From: Chrysomallon squamiferum
Lineage: Eukaryota > Animalia > Mollusca
Length of the DNA stretch: 64,000 nt
Assembly: GCA_012295275.1 (NCBI GenBank)
Contig: CM022672.1
Span: forward strand, 7,006,001-7,070,000
Direction of reading: 5' to 3'
The translations under genes were made by a program, and so were the position numbers. Shown here piece after piece: positions 1 through 13,300 of this stretch (its first letter is position 1; each line of letters starts with the position of its first letter). Below the pieces are notes generated by a model. It ran no database searches. It was not told the DNA's origin and saw only the letters and a program-made list of their open reading frames with translations.

Positions 1-1159
1 CTTCTCTTCCTGGTAAATGTCTGAGTAGTCATCGTTTTCTAGGAAAAGACGTTTTTAACTGGATAAAAACAATTCACGTGATTTCTTAGAAATTCTACTG
101 ATATTTAGGTGTATGTTCCATGCATATGCAACTTTATGTACCAGTCAATGTATGAAACGAGTTAGACAAGCGGTATTCGTACATTTTTTAGAGATTATTT
201 TAATAATTAAATATCAAAGGCAGTAAATGCACGTTTGATAAGCAGGCAAGCAAGCTGAACACTTATTATCTTCAAATATTAAAATAAAGTTTTGTTAACG
301 TTAGTTTTTTTGTTTTAAAATGTAAAATATCTGATATCATTAATTATCTATTTTATAGTTATTATAATAAAAAGTATAAAATCATCAGTAATGCAATATT
401 ATCCTTTATTAATTGACAGTATTAATAACAATAATACTGACATGATTTCTACAGTACAATTTTATTCCTTAGTAATGATTATCAATTCAACCTGTCGTAG
501 ATAGATGTAAAAGAATTTTACGCCGTTCTGCGAATTTATATATTTCAAGTTATCGGCCTTGAAGCGTTACTCTCGGGCGCCGCTTGTACGGTATGCAGTT
601 GACGGATTATTCGGGCTTACTAGAAGCTGTTTATCAGTCGAATGATCATTATTTCAAGGAAAAACGCTCAAGTGAAGCTAGCGAACATTTCCAGCGAACT
701 TTTAGAACCGTTACGTCAAAGAGTTATCGGTTGGTTAATGGAACACACTGTCGTTAGCAATAACTGTATGATCGAGTATTTGCTATTGTTTTTCCTTTTC
801 AGTTCCAACATAAATGTATAATAACCAGTAGGAGTATCGACTACGAAAAAAAAAAAAAAATAATAATAATAATAATAATAAATAAATAAATACTCTTTAT
901 TTATTTATTTATTTACTTATATATTTATTTATTGTCACATGCATTGTCATGCAAAAATAAAATAAAACAAAAAAGTAATAATAATAAGAAGAAGAAGATA
1001 AAATAAAATAAATAAGAAATGAAAAACCTGTAAAACTAAGGGTTTTTTTTTTGCTAAACTTTATTTACTGTCATCATTTCACTTTGCTTTGGTTTAAATT
1101 GTATTTCTTTTGAAAAATTCAAGCTTATCAATTATTTATTTATTTATTTATTTATGATT

Positions 1160-1162
1160 ATG

Positions 1163-1223
<61 letters not shown>
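1160..1223. repeat. (TAT)n microsatellite
   Basis: Direct reading; a similar tract lies at 50285-50342. Confidence 0.95.
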
Positions 1224-1224
<1 letters not shown>

Positions 1225-4101
1225 CATTCTATATATACTTTAATTTTATTTGAAAATTTATTATGTTGATTTGAATAACTAGAACTGAATTTTTAAGCTA
1301 TTTGAGGTTAATAAAGAATTTTGATTATTATTTTATAAACAATAAAATCTTATAATGATTTTTTATTAAATATTGTTTAGTGAGACAAAATGAAAGCAAT
1401 CACATATTTTTGCACATTATATATATATATATTATTTAAAAGAAATAACTTTAAAAAATAATTAGTTGTTTTTGGCATGATGGATCATATTAAAGGCAGT
1501 AAACAGCTGTCACCCACCATGATGGTCTGTATCATGATGCAGATAGTAATTTCAACATCCAACAATTATACTGTCAGTAAAGGTAAAATTTTCACAAGAC
1601 ATTCTCTCTGGAAATCTGTGAAAGTTCAATGCATTTCCTTTAGAATTTGTGCAAGAAAGTCTTAAAAAAAAAAAAAACATAAACAAATAAATAAATAAAT
1701 AAGATAATTTGTAATTTAAATTTTTTTTTGCTGTTGCTGAGTTTTTTGTTTTTAACTGACCTTTGCAAGAACAAGGGTCAAACATTTGTTTCAGAATGTG
1801 GGTTTTTTGGATAAATTTTGCTGCTTCCTGAAGAGCATCACCTATGTCTCAGATCATCAGCAGAAACATTCAAACATGGTGTACAAATTAGATGAACTGT
1901 TACATTTGTGATTTGTTGAGAATATAACAAATTATGTAATATTTGTATCGTGTTTTTTTTTTTTCTATTTACAATTATGTAGGCTTTGCTATACATTTTG
2001 TCACCCATAACAAATACTGTTTGTATTACTTTTTTTCTAATACCTTGAACCATTTGTGCAAAACATAGTTATGTCAACCTAGATTTAACTAGATAATGTA
2101 TTAAGGTATGCAACAGACATGGTATTTGATATACTGGAGTGGAGTTTAGATCATCTGATGAACTTGGTATCCATGATCAAACCTCCTCTGTGGACCTGAT
2201 TAGTGATGTAATACAAGAATGTAATGGTCTCTGAAACACGAACTCCTCAAAATTGTGCACCCAATAATTTAGAATTTATGTCATGTCACCAAACTGTAAT
2301 CAGGTACATCAATGAAGTTTCATTGTGTGAAACAAACAGAACAAGTGAGGTAACTCCTATCCCAGTATATCAGAATTGGTCTATTTGCACATGCATAATG
2401 CACACCTAAATATATTAATTCAGAATGGTTTACTTTGATTATAAAATGATAAGAAAATAACACAGAAATTTGTTTTAAAACCATTTATTTTGACATAATT
2501 TCACATGAATATAAACTTATTTCTGTAAAGTTATCAGTGAAGTTATAACTTTATATTTACATGGAAAGTATTGCATCATAAATATATGAGTAAAACAATT
2601 TCTGTCATGACAAATGGTTGGCTTGTTTGTTGTTGTTTTTTTCTTTTATTGTATGTAATAGGGTATAAAATAATTTTCAATATTATTATTATTATTATTA
2701 AGAAAGTTCCCTCTAAACTTTTAGTTAATCTGTCAGCAAATTTAAATGAATGTAAATACAATAACACAAGGTATGAAAACAACATGTAGTTAAATAAGAA
2801 AGTAATAAAATCAGTTATTTTTGGTGATTACAATCAGGAGGATCATTTTTGTTTCAGTGCATTCCAGTTAGACTCTCAACTTAGATTATGTAAATGATAT
2901 TAGAACTGAGTTCTGAAGAAACATATAACACAAGGCGTCAATAAACTACTTGAACACAGAAATTGTCTGACAGTGCTAATAATGAGGTAATCTGGAATTC
3001 ATAATGATCTTCAGTTATCTGCTACACAAACTGAACAGTCACAATCTGAAATATATGACAATTTCAAGCATTAAAAAACTATTATATATATTCATATCTT
3101 ATCATTCTTTAAAGTATCTGCAAACTGAAAAACACAACACATCATCACAGCAAACTTTTGCTTCTGTAAGTAGTTTACAATGTCCAAAATGTGTTCCAGA
3201 AAACCCCAAGAAACAAACCATAAAGAACATAATTAAAATCCCACCTCAAAAAACAAAAACAAAATAACAAAATAATAGAAATAAGAATTTTTTCAAAAAG
3301 AAATAAGACTATGAAACAAAATAATAATTAAGTGCATTTTAAAGAACTCAAATCAAATAAATAAATAAATAAATAAACCAAAATGGCTCCTCATTTGAGG
3401 TTATTGTATTCAGAAAAAAACTTACCAGTGGGTTAAATTTAAACAATTCCAAAATATAACCGATCATTTCTGGTCATTCTCATTCTAGTTTACTCAGTTT
3501 AACATGTAATGCAATGCTTCTTGAACAGAATTATGAAACAAAGCAGAGAATAATTTGGATGCTTGTAATCAATGTGGTTGTTTATTTATTGTCACTATTT
3601 CAGGTAAATCCTTCATCAACCTTATAGAATTTCAGATAAAATGCAAAGTATTTTGAATTGCTTTAGGAAATGGTTACAACCTACATTAATGATTTAGTAG
3701 ACAAAAATGTATAAAGTATAATGCAAGATGCTCTTAATTTCTGATTATTTGAAATACATCTAACTCTAAACTTCCAGAAAAACAATTAATCTAATGAATG
3801 GGTACTTTAATACTTTTGTTAAATTGTAAAATCTTGCCTTTGTTACTAATAATTAGCTAATTGCACAGAGCTGTTTGTTTCAACAAATTATGTTTAGCTA
3901 TCACGACACTCAAGAGTTAAATAGTGGTTTTCTTCATTTTCTACCTTGAGAGGCTCATAACAAAAAAACTTCAGTACAGACTATATGAGAAAATGCATTT
4001 AAATAATAATAATAATAATTACAGAAATGTAACACGTCACCTTGAAATTCCCTGCTGGAATCTGATTCATGTGATAATAACTCTAACTTTTGCAACTAAC
4101 T

Positions 4102-5099
4102 TTATTTCATTTTAAAAGAAACAATTTGTTTTCTGTTAAGATAATGCAGTATTTCTTTAACAATTTCATGTCTGTATAAAAATAAGTTTGGATATTTAGG
4201 AATACACTTATTAGTTAAAATAGCTTTTGCTACAGCACAAACACATACTCTGCAGCTACTGGTATCAGTATGTGTGGGAAAACCTGGCATTTCAGAGTAA
4301 TTAACAAAAGACCACAGGTGAGTTTAATGGTTTTCCATAATACATCATGTTCCAGCATTAAATACCTGAACATATGAAAAATAACTTCATTATTTTTTAC
4401 TCCCAAATGAATCACAGAACAGTACATTATTAGGTATGTCTATTTCTATCATTGTCCAATGAGTGTTTCTTTCATTCAAAGGTACAACAACATATTTGTA
4501 ATCAAACCATCTTTTACTTTTACTTTCTGCAATGTGACTACTATTAAGGCAGTTATCATGTTGAAGAATGTTGTTTAAGAAATCTGCATTTACTGTTACA
4601 CCATCAACGTTAGTGCTAACAAAATATTCCAGTGTTTGCTTCTTTATTGGATTATAATCAGTAAGGAGCCCTGTTTGTTTCTTAATCAATTTTTTTTACT
4701 AAAATGTAATGTCTCTAATGATACTCTGTTTATTATATTTTTGTTGTAAAATAAACACAATGATCTGCATGTTTGTAAATCTGTTACATTTATATCATTT
4801 ATTGGTTTCATTTCACCATTTTTTACTTCCATTTTTAGTAAACTGTCACCATCACAAGAAACAAGAATCCATTTTCTCTTCTTCACTTTTTCCCATAATG
4901 GGAAATTATTATCATAATCATCAGAGGTATCATATTCTGGTGTAACTATCTCATAAACATTGTCCTCAAAAACTTGCCCCTCCTCACAAGTCTGATCTTC
5001 AGCTGACATATCAGTCTGAAATGTTTTGTTAGTCTTGTTAAAAAAACACCACAGGATCTGACAAAAATTAACCTTCATCACAGCAAAGTACATGAACAC
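4102..5099 (-). pseudogene. Ulp1/SENP-family (peptidase C48) SUMO protease, frameshifted fragments
   Basis: ORF 4390-4689 has YKYVVVPLNERNTHWTMIEIDIPNNVLFCDS (catalytic His/Asp motif). ORF 4102-4290 has PTHTDTSSCRVCVCAVA, a degenerate PQQxDxxxCGVFV catalytic-Cys motif. The pieces lie in different frames. Confidence 0.75.
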
Positions 5100-6399
5100 T
5101 GTTCTTACATAAAAGTAAAAAAAAAAAAAAAAATAACTACCTGAAGTGTATCATTCCATCCAAATGTCACACCACAATACATCTGTGGATAAAGAATTTC
5201 AACAAATGATGGACATTTTCTACTTTTCATACACTGCAAAAATATAGTGAAGAAATATCTGAATTGCTACAACTTATTACAATATTATGAAAAACCTATA
5301 GAAACAATGATACCTAAGAAGCAAATATGGTTTAGACCACATAGAGATTTATGTCACAGCATTTAGTTCTGTCTAAAAAGAAGGTCAATATTGCCAATGA
5401 CGACTTACAGATACACTCTGGAAAACACCCCAATGCCCTTAAACCAAGTTTCTTGATGCACATGTCCATTCATTTTCTAAATGTGCTCTTATTATGGAAC
5501 AGACGATATACAGTTATTTATGTTATAGCATTTAATTGTCTGTTGGTCACAAATGAAATGGTTTATATAATCCATTTATAGAAGCATCCCTTATAGTTAA
5601 GACCTTTGTTGTTAAATATATTTTCAATAGCCAGACATAAGGTTATGATACACTGTTTGAAATAGGATTAACTTTAAACTTACGTGAAGGGCTTTGATTT
5701 TTGAAATGATACTTCTTCTGCCATCTCCTTTTAACAACCAGTGTCGAAAAGTAACGACTAGAATCTGAAAATAAAACAAATTTGCTCATTATCAAAAATG
5801 AAGTAAATATATCATATATCTGGATATTAAATGATTAGTGAAGTCAAGTGAAAAAAATTAACGTGGTAATTAGAGCAAGCTGTTGTGAAGCACGTCTACG
5901 ACGGGCACGTTTTCTGGCAGGTCAGCGGGCGTGTCCGTCGCAGAAAAGAGTTTTGGGTAAGGAAAGAGAATGGGTTCTCGTTACGATTGCAGGACACAAG
6001 GGAGTGTTCAGCATACCGGATCGTAACGACTCGGTTCCGATTAGAAATGGTGATTGAGACTATAGTAAACAGATAGTATAAATTTGATTTTCCTCAATCG
6101 CAGCTACTGAGCTAGCGAACAATATGTCCGATGCGGAATGATACATAACAAACACCATATTTCTCAAATAAACTGCATTACATATTTGAAATTTTAATTT
6201 TTCTACCGATTTCTAAAACGTATCCTTTTTTATAATAAAAGTGAGCATTTCTCATACCTTAGAAATTTAAACTTTTATTGAAACTGCGAACTATTTGTTT
6301 GAAAGAACTGACGTGCGATAAATTATTCACTGGCGTTATCGTTCACTGGTTACACAGCGGCTGGAATTGTTCGCTGTCTTTATTTCAGTAGGAAAAACA

Positions 6400-6417
6400 A
6401 CTTTCGGTTTTAATTTC
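6400..6417. promoter_or_regulatory. ISRE/IRF-like element upstream of candidate first exon of copy A
   Basis: ACTTTCGGTTTTAATTTC (reverse complement GAAATTAAAACCGAAAGT), conserved at 51278-51295. Followed by splice donor CAG|GTAAAC at 6485/6486. Confidence 0.45.
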
Positions 6418-7699
6418 CGCTCTGCTTTATATCTAGAGAAATATTCATCGTTATACTCATCTAAAAATTATTTTTCAACCAACAGGTAAACAAAAATATT
6501 TTAAATAATTATTACATTATAATTTATAGCAATAAGTGCGAAAACTTTTAAGAGTCAAAACAGTCCAAAGTCTTTTGGCTATACCCTGTATTTATAATCA
6601 CATCCATAATTCAAATATTTCCTATACTTTTTATACTTCGGTTATAATAATATTAATTAAAACACGATGAAATTTTAAGGGTAGGTTTCTTTGTTTGTTT
6701 TTAACAAATCTGAGCATTTATAATTACATGTTGTTTTGTTAATTGAATTAATTAACGATTAATTACCTAAATTAATGTATTTTACATTTATTTAGTCATA
6801 TATTTAATATAAAGTCATTCAGTCAATAAATGTTCTTGAAAAGGTAGAATTTTATAAATGGTTACCTCTAGTTTTATTAATGTGTTATTATTTTTTTATT
6901 TACTTTATTAATGAGCTAATATTTTGTGATGTATTTCTGAGAAAAATAACATATTCAGAGTTATCAGTTAAACACCAATACTTGGTTGGAGTTAGCATAT
7001 AAAATTCTGCTACAGACATTTACGTTTGATTTTATTTAATTTTTTTTATTTATGTAACTGATATATATTTTTTTAAAACAATATTTTTAATATATCAAAT
7101 TCAGGTTATTTATGTTTATTTTGTACAGATTATCTTTACATTGTTATTGTCTCTTTAATAATATCCAAAATAAAACATTATTAAAACAGAAGAACAATAT
7201 AACACATTATTTGAGAACATTTTGTTTTCCTTGATATATGATAATTATCAGAATAGAAAATTATTAAAACAGTATGAACTACTAATAATACAGAATTTAA
7301 GATAACTGTCTTTTCCTTGATATGAAAAGATAGTTTAAAAAATTCTTTGAAACTTATTTACTACATATTGTCTACTTTGTTTTTCAAAAATAGTATTCTG
7401 CTTAATAGCATTGATCATGGAACATGGAAATTATTATAATAATTTAATTTGGGTGTTTTCTAGTTAATTTTCCAGAATAACATCCATTTTACAATTAGAA
7501 AAATAAAAATAACTGTTTTGGATTTTCAAATATAAGTATGTAACCAGAGAAAATGAATTAAGTCACACACAAAATTCATTCACATTTCATATATAGCTTA
7601 TACAGAGAGTCTGCAGGATTTTCTTATATTATATTTTTAATAATTTTCTTCATAAAATGAAGTATGTATATGCTAAACCATCTATATAATATAATATAA

Positions 7700-10340
7700 T
7701 ATAATATAATATATACCACTATTTCTGCAGCTTACAAAAAATTTCAGATACAGGATTATTATTTTTTATAGAAATTGTTCAGTCTGGTCATGGAATCAAC
7801 AGCCACAGATGTCTCAGCCTAATGGTAAAATAATGTTATTTTACACAAAAACATTTTAAAATCTGAAACCAATCCTTAATGTCGTCTTTTTTTTTTTAAC
7901 CTCTTGAGACTTATTTTATTCCAAGCAAAATCATAAAATATTAATTATATTTATCACTATCTCTGTATGTCCATTTAAGTAAGAAACAGAGATATTACAG
8001 AATGTGTTGTTTTCAAGTAATTAATACAGTTGTTTCGGTCAATTATATTAAGAGTACAATTCATTATAATTCCATATTCTAGAATTTGAGAAAACAAATG
8101 TTTAAATATTACTGTAGGTATTCATGGTTAAATAAATCTGTGAACAAATATCTGCATATTGTCTTTGAATTTGACTTAAAAATAAAATGAACTTTTGTTG
8201 CATTCCAGTAGACTATTTTATATAGGATGTTTTAATTATTTCACTTGTTTAAAAAATCCAGTTTATTATTATTGTTGTTGTTGTTGTTGTTATTCAGTAT
8301 CATATCTTTGTTTGTTCAAAATCAGTTAATAATATAAAATTTTCGAAATTTAAACTAGAAAACTTGGTTTGAGTGTTAAAATAAAGAAAAGAATGAAACT
8401 AAAAGACAAAATATACAGTTACACCAAATATAATTATGCACCAGAATGTTAATTTATTATTAATACTTTTTTTTATCCTTGATTGCTTCAATCTTATCTT
8501 AATGAAATTTAAAACATGCAGCATCATCTATATTGATATAAAAAATTTAGTGAACATTTAAGATCAAGGCATCTGTAACACTGAAAATATTGAATTTGAA
8601 AATTTTTGGTTCAACTTCAAGTATAAATTAAATTTTAAAATATTTTTAGTGAACCATTGAAGAACAGATATTAATTTAAGTTCTTCCTTATTGATTTTCT
8701 AAATTAACACACCTACTTCACTGACTGGATTTAGAAAAATAAAGTTGATTTTATGTTGCAGTGTTAATAACAACACAAGGTTATTAATTTTTGTCATGTT
8801 GAACTTTTAGCAGCTCATTAGACTCTGGTAATGGACATCAGCAGACACACATGTCTCAGCCTAAAGGTAAAATAACTGATTATTTTAAATGAAAACATTT
8901 TTAAATTTTAAATCATTCCTTAAAGTTTTCTCGTTTTTTTTTTACTTTCTTAGACTTATTTTATTCTAAGCAAAATTATATAAATAATAATTATATTTAT
9001 CACTATCTCTGAATGTCCAGTTATGTATCAAACATAGATATTGAAAAATGTGTTATTTTTAATACACATTTTGCAAAGTCTGCAATTTATTAGAATTCCA
9101 TATTCTAGATTTTAAAAAACAAAACAAAATGGCAATGTTTAAATATTACTGTAGGTTTTCCAGTAAACAAGAACATGGATGAAAACACAGATCAGTCTCA
9201 ATCAGGACACATCAATGTGAATAAGTCTTCCAGTGTTCACACAAAACAAATTGCTGAAAATGCCAACAGGTTTGTACATTTTGCTTATCCAGTAAAATAG
9301 ATAATGTTTTTTTTATTAAATTGTTACTGGTGTCTGTCAGAATGTGGCAATGTATATTTTATTTGCTGGGTTGGACAAAGTTCATAGCATTTAAACCATT
9401 TCATCACTCAGAAAGATACCATGTTTTTGGAGGATGAAATCATGAAGCTGTCTCAAAGATAGTTGAAGAAAATACCACATGAGTCGTTAAATAAATCTAT
9501 GAAAAATATCTATATATTGTTTTTGAATTTCATTAAATATAAAATGAACTTTTGTTGCATTCCAGTAGACTATTTTATATAGGATGTTTTCATTATTTCA
9601 TTTATTCAAAAAATCCCATTTAAGATCAAGGCATCTGTTAAAAATGTAATAGTAACACTAAAATTATTGAATCTGAAAATAGATGATTAGAGTATAAATA
9701 ATTTTTTTAAATATTTTTAGTGAACCATTGAAGAACAGATATTAATTTATGTTCTTCCTTATTGATTTTCTAAATTAACACACCTACTTCACTGACTGGA
9801 TTTAAAAAAATAAAGTTGATTTTATGTTGCAGTGTTAATAACAACACAAGGTTATTAATTTTTGTCATGTTGAATTTTTAGCAGCTCATTAGACTCTGGT
9901 CATGGACATCAGCAGACACAACTGTCTCAGCCTAAAGGTATAATAACTGATTATTTTAAATGAAAACATTTTTTAAAATTTTAAATCATTCCTTAAAGCC
10001 TTCTCTTTTTTTTACTTTCTTAGACTTATTTTATTCTAAGAAAAACTATAAAAATGATAATTATATTTATCTCTATCTCTGAATGTCCAGTTATCTATCA
10101 AGCACATATATTTAAAAATGTGCTATTTTAAATACAGTTTGTATAGTCAATTAGATTAAGTCTGCTCTTCATAAGAATTCCATATTCAACAATCTGAAAA
10201 AAGTAATATTTTAATATTACTGTGGATATTCCAGTAAACGAGAAAAAGGATAAAAGCACAGATGAGTCACATTCAGGACAGATCAGTATGAATCAGTCTA
10301 CCAGTGTTGACACAAAACAAAATGCTGAAAATACCATTTA
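7700..10340 (+). repeat. ~1.05-kb tandem two-exon module encoding low-complexity S/Q/N/H-rich peptide repeats
   Basis: Exon X (..GHQQTHMSQPK, AG/GT flanked) at 7772-7824, 8811-8866 and 9882-9937. Exon Y (..MDENTDQSQSG..) at 9155-9269, with a damaged copy at ~10225-10340. Introns are also repeated. Confidence 0.7.
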
Positions 10341-13300
10341 GTGCATCTTGTGTATCAAATGTTTCTTTTTAAAAAATTTCTGTTTTCATGATGACATTTC
10401 CTGATGTGTTTTGAAATAGAAGTAATTCAAATTACATGACTTTAATTTATTTTTTCACTAAATCAGTTATCATTGCATTATTCTGACATCTGTTTGTAAA
10501 ACAGGAAATACCTCAACAGTAGCTGAATTGACAGACTCATTGCAAAATCTTTCACTTAAAGAAAATGTAACAGGTATATTTTAGTTTAATGAAAGTATTA
10601 ACATATTTTAATTTTAAATAAATAAAATTATCTTATTTATTTTTTGAAATCTGATGTGTGTTTTAGTGTTTTACTGTGTGATAAAATCACACTGTTACAT
10701 ATATTATGTTGAAATAGTGTAACAAATAGCCTACAATATTGTCTATAATTTCTTTATTAATTACATGATTTACTTAACCTTATTTTTGTTTTTGGTTTAA
10801 CAAATTTATATTTTTTACATAAAGATGAACCATTGACCATTTAGCCACTATTCTTACCTGGCAATGTTCATTTTATTTACAGATATGAAAACAGATGAAG
10901 AAAAGCAAGGACAGAAAGTCTATATTTATTTTCGTTATTATGTGGCTGGTAAAGAGGAAATTTTTTTGATCCGCAAGAATTAAAGCAGTTAAATTGTGAA
11001 CAGTTTCATCTCTTTACATGTTCAGAATATTTTAAAAAAAGTGAAAGTGAAGCTTCAAGAGAGAAGCTCACCAGATTTTATTATGGTCCTTATAAAAATG
11101 TGGATAAACAACTAATGGTAAAGACAGAAGAGTACACATTTGATACTCAAAAAGAAGCTGATGAATGGAAAAATAAAATCACTAATATTCTTACAAAACA
11201 TATGAATACTTATTCTGCTGGGAAGTTTGTCTCACAGCCAGCAGCAGAGTTTGGTTGTTGGACAACCTGTCAAAACCAGACTCTTCAGCTGATGTGTGGA
11301 GACCTGGATTTGGATCAGTGTGATGTTCTAGTGGTGCCTGTGCTAGAAACATCCAGCAGTCAGTTTACACCATCAGTCATAAAGACTGGTCTGTTTTTCT
11401 TTTTTAATTACAGCTGTTTTAATTTTATTCCATCTTTAGACTATGTTTTAGTGAATCTGTATATGTGATAGTCATAGTAAAGTTTTGTTTTAATGCAGTT
11501 TACTCAGTATATCTGTAAATCTGTTGTATCTTAGAACTCAGGGTAAAAGTTGAAATGTAAATGTTAATTGAAAATAAATATATTTACATAAAGACATAAA
11601 TTCAGACTAGGTTTCACAATAATTGTAATAATATTTTAACATGATGTTCAGCTGGAATAAGAGATGTACCAGAATTAGCATAATAACTATATTTTAATTT
11701 TCAGGAAAGTTTTCTGAATCTGTTGATAAAGCTTCAAGAGAAATAAACAAGAAAAAAACAAGTCAAATTGTTTGTAATGATCAAAACAAAAAACCTCATT
11801 TTTTTATTTTCACTCTTCTGCCTCAACAGTGGAATGATGGGAAAGAAAAAGAAAAAGAAAGAATTTCAAACTCCTTTAAAGATCTTTTTGTTTGTCTAAA
11901 GAAGGTTGAAAAAAAGACTTCAGTTAATTTGGTCATCATAGATCTCCAAGACTTAAATTCATTCCCATTCAAGAAAATTGTGAAGCCAATCATAGACTGT
12001 TTTAAAGACAGACTTTCAGAACTGCAAAGTTCATGTCATTTCATTTTGTCAGTACATGATCCTCAAAATGCTATAGAGTTTACCACAGTCTTTGATGACC
12101 TCACTGTGAACAATAAAGAAATACGGAAATTCTTTTTGAGTAAGTACCCAGGTGTCCTACTTGATCATTCAGTTATCTAAATAAAAACAAGAAAATACTG
12201 GAAATGGCTTTAAAGCATATAGCAAAAATTTCCAACATATTGATTATTATTTTGAAATTTTTATCTCCTTGTTGAAATTGATTTCGCACACCATGTTCCA
12301 TAATCTCGATTTCTATTATGTAGTCAAATTTATATTTACTAATCATTTTTGGAAAAGAAGATGATAATAAACACAGATATGAATTTAATTATTTTCAGTC
12401 AAGCAGCCTGATTTGTTAATTAGTAAATAATAGAATCTTGTGTTATTTTTGTAGTGATATGTATTGACAGCATTAGACAAAAATAGTTGTCTTTGCTTTG
12501 TGTTACATTATATTTTAATTGTAGAAAACATGATTTAAAAGTTTGCTTTGTAAACAATTCAGAAAACAATGTAATTTCATCCACATTTTCTCTTTATATT
12601 GAGCCATTTTCCAGAGTACAGGAAAATTCAGTTATAATTTGGAAACACACAGATGTATACTTACAGATGCATCAGTATCATTTTTTAAATTCTGTTAATG
12701 ATACCTGTATTATATCTAAGAAATAAAAAAATAAAACCACAATACTTGTATCTTTCTTTTTCTTCTGCAAGAGTTTAGTTTGTGTAACCTGACAATTTTA
12801 AACTGTTTGTTAACTAAGTGCTTCTTTCTGTTTAGTGTTAGCAATATTCAGAGTGTGTGCATTAAACAGCAATAACATTGTTAAACACATTTATACAAAG
12901 ATTCAAAAGAAAGAAAAAGTCACCTGAAAGTTTCCAATTTATAATGGCAGAAGGAAATGTTGTCCTCTAGAGAAAACACTAACAAGATTGTCCTTCATTT
13001 TTGACACATCCCAAAAACTATTTCTGGTTTCATTGCTGTTTCATTCTAAATTTGTATGAAATTTGTCTCCATTTCAGATGTCAGACATCGCCCATTGTCA
13101 AGAGTGAATGTCATACCTGGAGATATCAGCAAACTCGAGGTATGTCTTACTGAGTTAACTATGTCAGAATATAAAACAAATTATGTCTGTGAGCTTTATT
13201 TCAGTTAATATATGATCTACTTCATGCACTGACTAGGTGGTTTTTTTATGGTTCTTTGATAAACATGAAAACATGATTTATTAAAAATAGATAACACAAT

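Larger units (their letters stand above)
666..6389 (-). mobile_element. Mutator (MULE)-like DNA transposon, degenerate, carrying a Ulp1-like protease relic
   Basis: 9-bp TSD AGGAAAAAC at 657-665 and 6390-6398. The paralogous empty site has a single AGGAAAAAC at 51268-51276. Imperfect ~30-bp TIRs: GCTCAAGTGAAGCTAGCGAACATTTCCAGC vs reverse complement ACTGAAATAAAGACAGCGAACAATTCCAGC. Superfamily inferred from TSD length; no transposase recognised. Confidence 0.8.

Noticed and set aside
5848-6076. GC-richer short ORFs
   Set aside because: Subterminal, probably promoter, region of the transposon; no recognisable protein.
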